Positions 41,830-55,064 of a stretch of DNA of 64,000 nt are shown one piece after another. The notes under the pieces are model-generated. The model searched no databases and was not told the DNA's origin. It was given only the letters and a program-made list of their open reading frames with translations. The first letter of the stretch is position 1; every line of letters starts with the position of its first letter. The position numbers were made by a program, and so were the translations under genes. This DNA comes from Rhodanobacter sp. FW102-FHT14D07 (GTDB lineage: Bacteria > Pseudomonadota > Gammaproteobacteria > Xanthomonadales > Rhodanobacteraceae): positions 613,636-677,635 of the forward strand of contig NZ_CP170721.1 in the NCBI RefSeq assembly GCF_043950725.1, read 5' to 3'.

Positions 41830-42548
41830 TCGCCGTGCGACATCGCTGCGTCGCCGCGTTCGGCGTCGAGCTGTGCGAGGCGCTCGGGCGTGCCCACGTC
41901 CGTCCACACGCCGTGGTGATGGGTGCCGCTGACGGCTTGCCGAGCCATCGCGCCCAGCAGCAACTGGCGCAGCTTGAAGGTGGGCGCTGCAGCTTCGTCG
42001 GCGGCCGTGCCGGCAAGTTCCCGCCAGCCGTCCAGCAGCTCCCGGCGGAACACGCCAATGCCGCTGAAGGTGAGCCGCGGTTCGCCGCTCGCCTGCACCA
42101 GACCTTGCCCGTCCAGCGCGAAATCGCCTTCGGGGTGGTGCGGCGGGTTGTCGACCAGCAGCAGGTGCGCCAGCCCCGCCGGCTCGGCGGGCAGCGTGCC
42201 GAAATCGGCATCGCACCAGACATCCCCGCTGATGGCGAGGAACGGCCCGGTGCCCAGCAACGGCAGCGCGTTCAGCATGCCACCGCCGGTTTCCAGCGGC
42301 ACGGGGCCTTCGTAGGCGTAGCGGATGCGCAGGCCCCAGCGGGAACCGTCGCCCAGCACCGCCGGAAACTGCTCGGCCAGGTGCGAGGTATTGATCACCA
42401 CGTAGTGCACGCCGGCGGCGGCGAGACGTTCGAGGTGCCAGACGATCAGCGGTTTGCCGCCCACGCAAAGCAGTGGCTTGGGCGTGCGGTCGGTCAGCGG
42501 GCGCATGCGCTCGCCGCGGCCGGCGGCGAAGATCAGTGCGTGCCTCAT
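41799..42548 (-). CDS. murU: N-acetylmuramate alpha-1-phosphate uridylyltransferase (MurU-like sugar-phosphate nucleotidyltransferase)
   Basis: MRHALIFAAGRGERMRPLTDRTPKPLLCVGGKPLIVWHLERLAAAGV is a nucleotidyltransferase G-rich loop. Its start overlaps the amgK stop (ATGA). Confidence 0.75.
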   Translation of the reverse strand: MRHALIFAAGRGERMRPLTDRTPKPLLCVGGKPLIVWHLERLAAAGVHYVVINTSHLAEQFPAVLGDGSRWGLRIRYAYEGPVPLETGGGMLNALPLLGTGPFLAISGDVWCDADFGTLPAEPAGLAHLLLVDNPPHHPEGDFALDGQGLVQASGEPRLTFSGIGVFRRELLDGWRELAGTAADEAAAPTFKLRQLLLGAMARQAVSGTHHHGVWTDVGTPERLAQLDAERGDAAMSHGDQRDEGFAEN

Positions 42549-43552
42549 GCCGCCGCCCGGGTCAGGTCGCGGCCCTGCGCGTGGCGCTCCAGCAGGTCGG
42601 CGAAATCGGCCAGCTCGGGATAGCGGCGCGCCACCTCGATCACGTAGCGGTACACCTGCGGCACGTCCTTGAGATAGCCGCTCTTGCCGTCGCGATACCA
42701 CAGCCGATAGAACTGGCCCAGCACGCGCACGTGGCGATGCAGGCCGGTGAGATCGAACCAGCGCAGGAAACGCGCGGCGTCCACTGCCGCGTCGATCACG
42801 CCTGCGCGCAGCAGTCGCTGCCGGTACGACTCCACCCACGCCTCCACGCGATCGCCCGGCCAGGCGATGTAGGCATCGCGCAGCAGCGAGGCGAGGTCAT
42901 AGGTGACCGGCCCGTGCAGCGCGCCCTGGAAATCGACGATGCCCGGGTTGTTCGCCTCCGTCAGCAGCAGGTTGCGGCTGTGGAAGTCGCGGTGCACGAA
43001 ACAGCGCGGTTGCTCCAGCGCGTTGTGGACGATCAGGTCAAACGCCGCCTCCAGCACGTCCCATTCCCCGCAGGCCGGCGTGTGGCCGAGGTGGCGCTGC
43101 AGGAACCATTCGGGCATCACCTCCAGTCCGCTCACCAGCGCCTGATGGCCGAACGGCGGCAGGTCGTCGGCGGCCACCCGCGTCTGCATCTTCAGCAGGG
43201 CGTCCATCGCATCGCCGTACAGGTGGTCGGCGCTGGTGTCGTTCAATGCATCGAGGTACAGCCGCGAGCCCAGGTCCTCGATCAGCAGGAAGCCCTGGTC
43301 GAGGTCGCGTGCATGCACTTGCGGCACGTGCAGGCCGGCGGCGGCCAGGCGCTCGCCAATGGCCAGCCACGGGCGCGGGTCTTCGCGATCGGGCGGCGAA
43401 TCCATCACGATCCAGCTTTGCCCGCCTTGCATGGTGCGCCAGTAACTGCGAAAGCTGGCATCGGCCGAGGCGCTGTCCAGCGTCAGCGTGGGGGCGTTCA
43501 GGGTTTTGCGGGCCCAGGCGAGGCGGGCAGCGGCGCGATCGTGCGAAGTCAT
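42545..43552 (-). CDS. amgK: Anomeric MurNAc/GlcNAc kinase AmgK (aminoglycoside-phosphotransferase-like kinase fold)
   Basis: MTSHDRAAARLAWARKTLN...WIVMDSPP...VHRDFHSRNLLL...GIVDFQGALHGPVTYDLASLL shows the APH/choline-kinase motifs. It is coupled to murU as in the Pseudomonas cell-wall recycling bypass. Confidence 0.75.
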   Translation of the reverse strand: MTSHDRAAARLAWARKTLNAPTLTLDSASADASFRSYWRTMQGGQSWIVMDSPPDREDPRPWLAIGERLAAAGLHVPQVHARDLDQGFLLIEDLGSRLYLDALNDTSADHLYGDAMDALLKMQTRVAADDLPPFGHQALVSGLEVMPEWFLQRHLGHTPACGEWDVLEAAFDLIVHNALEQPRCFVHRDFHSRNLLLTEANNPGIVDFQGALHGPVTYDLASLLRDAYIAWPGDRVEAWVESYRQRLLRAGVIDAAVDAARFLRWFDLTGLHRHVRVLGQFYRLWYRDGKSGYLKDVPQVYRYVIEVARRYPELADFADLLERHAQGRDLTRAAA

Positions 43553-43793
43553 GGCCGCCAGCTTAGCGAGGCCGCCACGGCATGGCGACAAGGCCTCGCT
43601 GGATCGCTTCAGCCCGGACCCCGTGCATGCGTGGGCGCGGCAGACACAGGCAGGCCTGCGCACACGACGAGGTGAAAGGGGTGGGTATGGCCGCCCTGCG
43701 CCGGTGGCGGCGGTCACGTTGACCGCGGCCGGCTTAATCAGTACCATTTTGGTCCCGATTCAAGCCCGGCCGATTCCGCCTGCCATGCTTCGC

Positions 43794-44239
43794 GTCAGCC
43801 GCCTCACCGATTACGCCACCGTGGTGATGACCTGCATCGCCGCGCACCCGGCTGACGTGCTGAGCACCGCGCAGATCGCCGACGAGACGCGGCTCGAGCT
43901 GCCCACGGTCAGCAAGCTGCTCAAGGCGCTGGGCCACGCCGAACTGGTCGAGTCCTTCCGCGGCGTCAACGGCGGCTACCGGCTGGCCCGCCCGGCCAGC
44001 GAGATATCGCTGGCGGAAATCGTCGAGGCGCTGGAAGGGCCGATCGGCATGACCGAGTGCGGCGTGGGCGAAGGCCAGTGCGAACGCGAGGCGCAGTGCG
44101 GCGTGCGCGGCAGCTGGCAACGCATCAACAGCGTGCTGGACCAGACCCTGCGCGCGGTCAGCCTGGCCGACATGCTCAAGCCGCCGCCCGCGAAACGAAA
44201 AATCGCCGTCACCGTGAAAACCGGCGAGGCCATCACCGA

Positions 44240-44243
<4 letters not shown>
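43794..44243 (+). CDS. iscR: Rrf2-family Fe-S cluster biogenesis regulator (IscR/SufR-like)
   Basis: [67 protein letters not shown] is an Rrf2 HTH with three clustered Cys ([14 protein letters not shown]). It lies directly upstream of sufB with overlapping stop and start codons. Confidence 0.85.
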
Positions 44244-45715
<1,472 letters not shown>

Positions 45716-45812
45716 TGCTTTTTCCTTCTCCTTCCGGGAGAAGGTGCCCGAAGGGCGGATGAGGGTACGGGCCCGCACGGATTTTTCCGCAAGCCCCGAA
45801 CCCTCACCCCAA

Positions 45813-45835
45813 CCCCTCTCCCGGTGGGAGAGGGG
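45813..45835. repeat. GGGAGAGG-type REP-like palindrome in the sufB-sufC spacer
   Basis: CCCCTCTCCC-GGT-GGGAGAGGGG is a perfect 10-bp stem, preceded by a C-rich tract. Confidence 0.6.
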
Positions 45836-45854
45836 CTCAAGATCAGGAATCCTC

Positions 45855-46630
<776 letters not shown>

Positions 46631-46634
<4 letters not shown>

Positions 46635-47929
46635 ACCAGCCGGCATCGCTGCCGTTGGTCGCCTCGCTGCTGGATGCCCCGCTGCCGCCCAGCGGCATCG
46701 CCTGGCTGGATGCGGCGCGGCAGGAAAACCGCGCGGCGTTCGCCATCGGCGGTCTGCCCGACACGCGGGTGGAGGCATGGAAGTACACCGCACTGCGCGG
46801 GCTCGGCCAGCGCCGCTTTACCCAGGGCGACGCCGCGGCGCAGACGCGCGCGGTGGAGGCATCGACTCTGGCATTGCCCGGTGTCTCGGGCGTTCGCCTG
46901 GTCTTCGTCAACGGGGCGTTCCGCGCCGATCTGTCGGCGGTGGATTCGCTGCCCGCCGGACTTTCGCTGCAACCGCTGTCGCAGGCCTTGCGGGGCGACG
47001 TCGAACCGCTGCGCTTCGCGCTGTCGCGCCACTACCGCGACATCGGCGACGCCTTCGCACAGATCAATGCCGCCAGTGCCGGTGATGGCGTGGTACTGCG
47101 CGTAGCCGCCCACGCCAGGATCGACCAGCCGGTGCAGCTGGTGTTCGTCGGCGCCGAGGCCGAACTGGCCTGGCATGTGCGCAATGTGATCGAGCTGGGC
47201 GAGGGCGCCGAGCTGAGCCTGGTCGAACAGCATGCAAGCCGTGGCGACGCCGCGCAGTTGGCCACCGTGGTCAGCGACATCGAACTGCGCGACGGTGCGC
47301 AGCTGCATCACGTCATGCTGCAGGATGCGGCGGCCGGCACCAATCTGATTCGACGCAGCAGCTTGCGCCTGCATGCGCGCGCGCAGGCTGCCCTGCACGT
47401 GCTGGAACTGGGTGGCGCGTTGGTACGCCACGACCTGCGTGCCGAGCTGATCGGCGACGGCGCACAGGTGCACACCCGCGGCGTGTTCATGCCGCATGGT
47501 CGCCAGCACATCGACACCCAGCTGGCGATCCGCCACCAGGCGCTGGACACCACCTCCACCTCGCACTGGCGCGGCGTCGCCAACGACCGCGCGCGCGGCG
47601 TGTTCCGCGGCGCGATCGTGGTGGCGCCCGGTGCCGACGGCAGCGACGCCAACCTCACCAACAAGAACCTGCTGCTGTCGCCGAGCGCCGAGATCGACAC
47701 CAAGCCGGAGCTGGAAATCTATGCCGACGAAGTGCAGGCCGCGCATGGCGCCACGGTGGGCCAGCTCGACGAGCGTTCGCTGTTCTACCTGCGCTCGCGC
47801 GGCATTCCGCTCGCCGAGGCACGCGCACTGCTGACTGCCGCATTCTGCCGCGCGGTGCTGGACGACCTGCCGAACGTGGCCCTGCGCGAGCATCTATCCA
47901 CCTTGCTGGTCGCACAGCTTCCCGCTTGA
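46631..47929 (+). CDS. sufD: Fe-S cluster assembly protein SufD
   Basis: 432 aa with a SufD beta-helix C-terminus (...AHGATVGQLDERSLFYLRSRGIPLAEARALLTAAF). The ATG overlaps the sufC stop. Confidence 0.9.
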
Positions 47930-48015
47930 CGCTCCAGCTCCTGCGCCTGCCCGCAGGGGCAGGCCGGGAGGGGCGAGGCTCCTGGCCTGAAGATCAAGAG
48001 CGAACCCCAGCCCAA

Positions 48016-48039
48016 CCCTCCCCTGCGAGCAGGGGAGGG
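48016..48039. repeat. REP-like palindrome in the sufD-sufS spacer (second of two hairpins; the first is at 47947-47965)
   Basis: CCCTCCCCTGC-GA-GCAGGGGAGGG is a perfect 11-bp stem. Upstream, CCTGCCC-GCAG-GGGCAGG has a 7-bp stem. Confidence 0.6.
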
Positions 48040-48060
48040 AGTCCCAACCGGATTCTCCGA

Positions 48061-49305
48061 ATGAACGCACAAGCCAGCACACCGACCGTCTTCGACGTCC
48101 AGCGCATCCGCGCGGACTTCCCGTTGCTGTCGCGCACGGTGCACGGCAAGCCGCTGGTGTACTTCGACAGCGCCAACACCAGCCAGAAGCCGGTGTCGGT
48201 GATCGAGGCGGTGAACACCCACTATCGCGAACACAACGCCAACGTGTCGCGCGCGGTGCATCAGCTGGGCGAGGAGGCCACGGCGGCGTATGAAGGCGCG
48301 CGCGACAAGCTCGCGCGGTTCATCCATGCCGGTTCGCGCGATGAGGTCATCCTCACCTCCGGCACCACCCAGGCCACCAACCTGGTCGCCTACAGCCATG
48401 TGCTGCCGCAACTGAAGGCGGGCGACAGCATCCTCACCACGGTGATGGAGCACCACGCCAACATCGTGCCGTGGCAGCTGGTTGCCGCGCGCCGTGGCGC
48501 CACGGTGAAGGCCGCGCCGATCGACGAGCGCGGCGAGCTGATCGTGGAGAAGTACGTCGAGATGCTGACGCCGGAGGTGAAGCTGGCCTGCGTCACCCAC
48601 GTTTCCAATGTGCTGGGCACGGTCAACCCGGTGCGCGAGATCGCGCGCGAATGCCGCAAGCGCGGCATCCCGCTGCTGGTCGACGGCTCGCAGGCGGTGC
48701 CGCACCGGCGGGTGGACGTGCAGGCGCTGGGCTGCGATTTCTACGCGCTGACCGGGCACAAGATGCTCGGCCCCACCGGCACCGGCGCGCTGTGGGCGAA
48801 GCGCGAACACCTGGAGGCGATGCCGCCGTTTTTCGGCGGCGGCGAGATGATCCGCGAGGTGAAGTTCTCCGGCACCACCTTCGCTGCGCCTCCGCACAAG
48901 TTCGAGGCCGGTACGCCGAACATCGCCGGCTTCGTCGGCCTGGCGGCGGCAATCGACTACTACGAGTCGGTCGGCTTCGCGGCGATCGAGGCATGGGAGC
49001 AGCAACTGCTGCATTACGCCACGGAACGCCTGCGCGAGATTCCCGGCCTGCGCATCATCGGCGAGGCGGCCGAGAAGGAGCCGGTGGTCTCGTTCCTGCT
49101 GGAAGGTGCGCAGGCCACCGATCTGGCGACCCTGCTCGACCTCGAAGGCGTCGCCGTGCGCTCCGGCCACCACTGCGCGCATCCGTTGATGCAGTTCTTC
49201 GGCGTGCCCGCCACGCTGCGTGCGTCGCTGGCGTTCTACAACACGCGCGAGGAGATCGACAGTTTCGTCGTCGCCCTGCTCAAGGTGCGCCGCCTGCTGC
49301 GCTGA
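48061..49305 (+). CDS. sufS: Cysteine desulfurase SufS (group II)
   Basis: MNAQASTPTVFDVQRIRADFPLLSRTVHGKPLVYFDSANTSQKP...ALTGHKMLGPTGTGALW...RSGHHCAHPLM has the PLP-Lys and active-site Cys loop. Confidence 0.93.
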   Translation: MNAQASTPTVFDVQRIRADFPLLSRTVHGKPLVYFDSANTSQKPVSVIEAVNTHYREHNANVSRAVHQLGEEATAAYEGARDKLARFIHAGSRDEVILTSGTTQATNLVAYSHVLPQLKAGDSILTTVMEHHANIVPWQLVAARRGATVKAAPIDERGELIVEKYVEMLTPEVKLACVTHVSNVLGTVNPVREIARECRKRGIPLLVDGSQAVPHRRVDVQALGCDFYALTGHKMLGPTGTGALWAKREHLEAMPPFFGGGEMIREVKFSGTTFAAPPHKFEAGTPNIAGFVGLAAAIDYYESVGFAAIEAWEQQLLHYATERLREIPGLRIIGEAAEKEPVVSFLLEGAQATDLATLLDLEGVAVRSGHHCAHPLMQFFGVPATLRASLAFYNTREEIDSFVVALLKVRRLLR

Positions 49306-49376
49306 AACGGCGGCGGCTTTCCTGCCGCCGCCACGGTCGGGCATCATGTGCGGCGGAGTTCCCATCGATCATCCCC

Positions 49377-50291
49377 ATGCTTGCCTCGTTGCCATCGTTC
49401 ATCCGCGTGCCGCTGGCGCTGCTTGCGCTTGCACTCAACATCCTGTTGCACGTGGCTTTCATTTTCGCGTTCACCTTGCTCAAGCTGCTGCTGCCGGTGC
49501 ACGCGATCCGGCAGGCCTGCTCACGAGCCCTGGTCGCCATCGCGGAAAGCTGGATCGGCGTCAACAATGTCCTGTTCGGCGTGTTCGCCCGTGTGCGCTG
49601 GCAGGTCGAGGGGCTGGCCGGGCTGCGTCGCGACGGCAACTACCTGGTGCTGTGCAACCACCAGAGCTGGGTGGATATCCCGGTGCTGCAGAAGGTGTTC
49701 AACCGGCGCATCCCGTTCCTGCGCTTTTTCCTCAAGCAGGAACTGATCTGGGTGCCCTTGCTCGGCCTGGCATGGTGGGCGCTGGATTTCCCCTTCATGA
49801 AGCGCTATTCGCGGCAGACCCTGCTGCGCCACCCCGAGCTGCAGGGCAAGGACCGCGAGGCGACCCGCCGCGCCTGCGAGAAGTTCCGCCACATGCCGGT
49901 GTCGGTGATGAACTTCGCCGAAGGCACGCGCTTCACGCCGGCCAAGCACGACGCGCAGCATTCGCCGTTTCGCTACCTGCTGCGGCCGAAAGCCGGCGGC
50001 GTGGCCTTCGTGCTCGATGCGATGGGCGAGGCGCTGCACGCGATCCTCGACGTCACCATCGTCTATCCGCATGGCCCATGCACCATTGCCGACCTGATCG
50101 CCGGTCGCGTGCGCGAAATTCGCGTGCATGTGCGTGAACGCCCGATCGGTCGCGAGCTGATCGGCAGCTACGACGAGGATGCGGCATTCCGCGGCCGGGT
50201 CAAGGCATGGATGAACGACTTGTGGCACGAGAAGGACGCCCAGGCGGCGCGCATGCAGCTGTCGCCCGATGCCGGATCGAGAGGAGACTGA
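49377..50291 (+). CDS. Membrane-anchored lysophospholipid/glycerol-3-phosphate acyltransferase-like protein (PlsC/LPLAT family)
   Basis: MLASLPSFIRVPLALLALALNILL... has an N-terminal transmembrane helix, the acyltransferase motif I NHQSWVDIPV and motif III FAEGTR. It is in the same frame as the spurious 606-aa track ORF. Confidence 0.75.
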   Translation: MLASLPSFIRVPLALLALALNILLHVAFIFAFTLLKLLLPVHAIRQACSRALVAIAESWIGVNNVLFGVFARVRWQVEGLAGLRRDGNYLVLCNHQSWVDIPVLQKVFNRRIPFLRFFLKQELIWVPLLGLAWWALDFPFMKRYSRQTLLRHPELQGKDREATRRACEKFRHMPVSVMNFAEGTRFTPAKHDAQHSPFRYLLRPKAGGVAFVLDAMGEALHAILDVTIVYPHGPCTIADLIAGRVREIRVHVRERPIGRELIGSYDEDAAFRGRVKAWMNDLWHEKDAQAARMQLSPDAGSRGD

Positions 50292-50292
50292 A

Positions 50293-51228
50293 ATGCGTGT
50301 GCTGGTCGTGGGCGCCGGGGCTACCGGCGGCTATTTTGGCGGTCGCCTGCTGCAGCACGGGCGCGATGTGACCTTCCTGGTGCGTGAGGGTCGCGCGCGG
50401 CAGCTGGCGCAGCACGGCCTGGTCATCCGCAGCGCGGCCGGCGACGTCGACCTGCCCGCACCGCCGACCGTGCTGGCAAGTGCACTGTGCGAGCCGTTCG
50501 ACCTGATTCTGCTCAGCTGCAAGGCCTACGGCCTGGAGCAGGCGATGGCCGACATCGCTCCGGCCGTGGGCGAGCGCACCACCGTGCTGCCATTGCTCAA
50601 CGGCATGCGCCATCTCGACCTGCTGGATCACCGCTTCGGTGCCGAGCGCGTCTTTGGCGGCCAATGCGCCATTTCCGCCACGCTCGACGCGCAAGGAGCC
50701 GTGCAGCATCTCAACCGGCTTCACAGCCTCACCTTCGGCGAGCGCGACGGCAGCGCGTCCGCGCGCATGCAGGCGATCACCGAAATGCTGGGCCAGGCCG
50801 GTTTCGACGCGCGACCCAGCGACGCGATCGTGCAGGAGATGTGGGACAAATGGTTTTTCCTGACCTCGCTGGCCGGCATCACCTGCCTGATGCGCGGGGC
50901 GATCGGCGAGATCGAGGCCGCACCCGGCGGTCGCGCGGCGGCGCTCGCCCTGCTGGAGGAATGCCGCGCGACGGCGGCAGCGGCCGGTCATGCGCCGGAC
51001 GAGCGTGTGCTGGAACGGGCGCGCGGCATGCTGACCGAGCCGGGTTCGCGCCTCGAAGCCTCCATGCTGCGCGACCTGCGCCAGGGCCATCCGATCGAGG
51101 CCGACCACGTGGTGGGCGACATGCTTGCGCGCGCGCGGCAGGCGCAGTTGCCGGCCACGATGCTGGAACTCGTCCATGCGCACCTCAAGGTCTACGAGGT
51201 CCGTCGGCTGGCCACCCCGTCGGCATGA
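50293..51228 (+). CDS. panE: 2-dehydropantoate 2-reductase (ketopantoate reductase, ApbA/PanE family)
   Basis: MRVLVVGAGATGGYFGGRLLQHGRDVTFLVR (Rossmann GxGxxG) ...LLSCKAYGLEQAM... A GAGGAG ribosome-binding site is 7 nt upstream. Confidence 0.85.
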   Translation: MRVLVVGAGATGGYFGGRLLQHGRDVTFLVREGRARQLAQHGLVIRSAAGDVDLPAPPTVLASALCEPFDLILLSCKAYGLEQAMADIAPAVGERTTVLPLLNGMRHLDLLDHRFGAERVFGGQCAISATLDAQGAVQHLNRLHSLTFGERDGSASARMQAITEMLGQAGFDARPSDAIVQEMWDKWFFLTSLAGITCLMRGAIGEIEAAPGGRAAALALLEECRATAAAAGHAPDERVLERARGMLTEPGSRLEASMLRDLRQGHPIEADHVVGDMLARARQAQLPATMLELVHAHLKVYEVRRLATPSA

Positions 51229-51295
51229 GTCGATCCGGCGTGCGCGCTTGCTGCAGATCATGGCCGGCCGGCACGTCGCGCATTACCATGCGCGG

Positions 51296-51847
51296 ATGAC
51301 AGAGCCACGCGCCCCCGTCGCATTTCGCACCGCCCGCGCGGCGGACGTCCCTGCCATCGTCGCGCTGGTCGAATCGGCTTATCGCGGCGAATCGGGCTTG
51401 CGCGGCTGGACCACCGAATCCCACCTGCTCGACGGCCAGCGCACCGACGCGGCCGATGTCGAGGCGTTGATCGCGCGGCCGGACAGCTGCGTGCTGCTGG
51501 CGCTCCGCGACGGTGCGCTGGTGGCGAGCTGCCACGTCGAGCGGCAAGCTGCGGCCGGCTATTTCGGCATGTTCGCGGTTGACCCGGCGGAGCAGGGCCA
51601 CGGCCTGGGCAAGCAGGTGCTGGCCCAGGCCGAACGCATCGCGCGCGAACAGTGGCATTGCAGCGCGATGCGCATGACGGTGATCGTGCAGCGCGAAGAG
51701 CTGATCGCCTGGTATGGCCGGCGCGGCTACCGGCGCACCGGCGAACGGCAGCCGTTCCCGTACGGCAACGAGCGTTTCGGCATTCCGCGTCGCGCCGACC
51801 TGTGTTTCGAGGTGCTGGTCAAGGAGTTCACCGAGGTGCTTGCATGA
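51296..51847 (+). CDS. GNAT-family N-acetyltransferase
   Basis: 183 aa. ...CHVERQAAAGYFGMFAVDPAEQGHGLGKQVLAQAERIA is the acetyl-CoA binding motif A (Q/RxxGxG/A). Confidence 0.8.
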   Translation: MTEPRAPVAFRTARAADVPAIVALVESAYRGESGLRGWTTESHLLDGQRTDAADVEALIARPDSCVLLALRDGALVASCHVERQAAAGYFGMFAVDPAEQGHGLGKQVLAQAERIAREQWHCSAMRMTVIVQREELIAWYGRRGYRRTGERQPFPYGNERFGIPRRADLCFEVLVKEFTEVLA

Positions 51848-52158
51848 ACGGATGGATCAGGGTCGGCACGCGCAGCGATTTCCTGCCCGGCGAATACAAG
51901 GTGGTGTGGGACGGCGACACGTCGATCGCCGTGTACAACATCGACGGCGCGCTGTATGCGGTCGAGGACACCTGCACCCACGATGGCGGCGAACTGGCTG
52001 GCGGCGAAGTGTTCGGATTCGAGGTGGAATGCCCGCGCCACGGCGCGCGCTTCGACCTGCGCACCGGTGCGGTGACCAGGCCGCCGGCGTATGTTCCGAT
52101 CGCCAGCTTTCCGGTGCGCGAGGAAGACGGCGCGATCTGGACGCGCGACGACCGCTGA
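51844..52158 (+). CDS. Small Rieske [2Fe-2S] ferredoxin-like protein
   Basis: 104 aa with Rieske ligands CTHDGG...CPRHGARF. The ATG overlaps the GNAT stop. Confidence 0.8.
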   Translation: MNGWIRVGTRSDFLPGEYKVVWDGDTSIAVYNIDGALYAVEDTCTHDGGELAGGEVFGFEVECPRHGARFDLRTGAVTRPPAYVPIASFPVREEDGAIWTRDDR

Positions 52159-52167
52159 CTTCGCGCG

Positions 52168-52716
52168 TCAGCCGCCTTGTTGGCAGCGCGCGGCCTGTGC
52201 GGCTGTGGCCGGCGCCCCGCGCACCCGGCCGGCATTGGACACCACCACGCTGAGCGCCTGGTTGTCCCGCCCCGGCTCGCAGAACAGCAAGGTCAGGTTG
52301 CTGCCGCCGGCACTGCCGTCAGGCTGGAAACGCACCTCGTGGCGGCCATTGCTGCTGGTGATGCGCAGACCCAGATCGTAGGCCGTCCCGGTGCGGGCGG
52401 GTTGGCCATCGGGCTGGTGATCGCCGTCGAGGTCCTGTCCGAGCAGCCAGCCATGTTCCCAGCGGTTGTCTTCGCTGCATCGGCTGCCATCCGCACTGGG
52501 GCAGAACAGCGTGCGTTTGCCGGTGATCGCCGCGGTGCTGCGCGTGTGTCGCAAGGCGGCGATGAAGTCGCTTTGCGCCGCCTGCAGTCGATTGCGGCTC
52601 AACACATGGTGCAGCGGCGGCAACGCGATGCCGGTCAGAATGCCGGCGATGGCCAGTACCATCACTTGTTCGATCAGGCTGAAACCGCGGTTCGCTTTCC
52701 ATGGCGTCGTCGTCAT
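52168..52716 (-). CDS. Type IV pilus minor pilin / pseudopilin (FimT/GspH-like) with prepilin N-methylation motif
   Basis: MTTTPWKANRGFSLIEQVMVLAIAGILTGIALP is a class III signal peptide with GFSLIE; about 182 aa. An orphan: no other pilus genes are in the window. Confidence 0.7.
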   Translation of the reverse strand: MTTTPWKANRGFSLIEQVMVLAIAGILTGIALPPLHHVLSRNRLQAAQSDFIAALRHTRSTAAITGKRTLFCPSADGSRCSEDNRWEHGWLLGQDLDGDHQPDGQPARTGTAYDLGLRITSSNGRHEVRFQPDGSAGGSNLTLLFCEPGRDNQALSVVVSNAGRVRGAPATAAQAARCQQGG

Positions 52717-52867
52717 CTCGCATCCTGCGCTGTGCCGGAACCGGCATGCTAGGACGATGGCCCGTGCCAGCCAGCAGCCCGATGCCGCCCGCGGCGTCGG
52801 ACTCTGCTGACGCGGCATGTCAGCAGGCCGGATTTAAAATGTGCCGTCCCGCCCACATCTGCAGCTG

Positions 52868-54889
<2,022 letters not shown>

Positions 54890-54905
54890 GCCGGGCGGCG
54901 GGATA

Positions 54906-54934
54906 TTGTCGGGCGCCGTCGGCTCCCGTATACT
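54906..54934 (+). promoter_or_regulatory. Sigma70-like promoter for tRNA-Val
   Basis: TTGTCG (54906-54911), a 17-nt spacer, then TATACT (54929-54934), about 30 nt upstream of the tRNA 5' end. Confidence 0.4.
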
Positions 54935-54964
54935 GCGCGGCTCGCACGGCCTGGCCGTGGCGAC

Positions 54965-55039
54965 GGGCGGTTAGCTCAGCGGTAGAGCACTACCTTGACA
55001 TGGTAGGGGTCACAAGTTCGATCCTTGTACCGCCCACCA
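54965..55039 (+). tRNA. tRNA-Val (anticodon GAC); integration site of the downstream prophage
   Basis: Hand fold: acceptor GGGCGGT/ACCGCCC, D-arm GCTC-AGCGGTA-GAGC, anticodon arm CTACC-TTGACAT-GGTAG (34-36 = GAC), T-arm ACAAG-TTCGATC-CTTGT, discriminator A, encoded CCA. The integrase gene starts 26 nt downstream. Confidence 0.9.
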
Positions 55040-55064
55040 ATTATATCAAGCACTTAGGCCACCT

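Noticed and set aside
48471-50291. 606-aa ORF spanning the sufS 3' half to the acyltransferase
   Set aside because: Out of frame with sufS. Only the part from the Met at 49377 has acyltransferase homology, and the upstream portion is low-complexity Ala/Arg/Gly.
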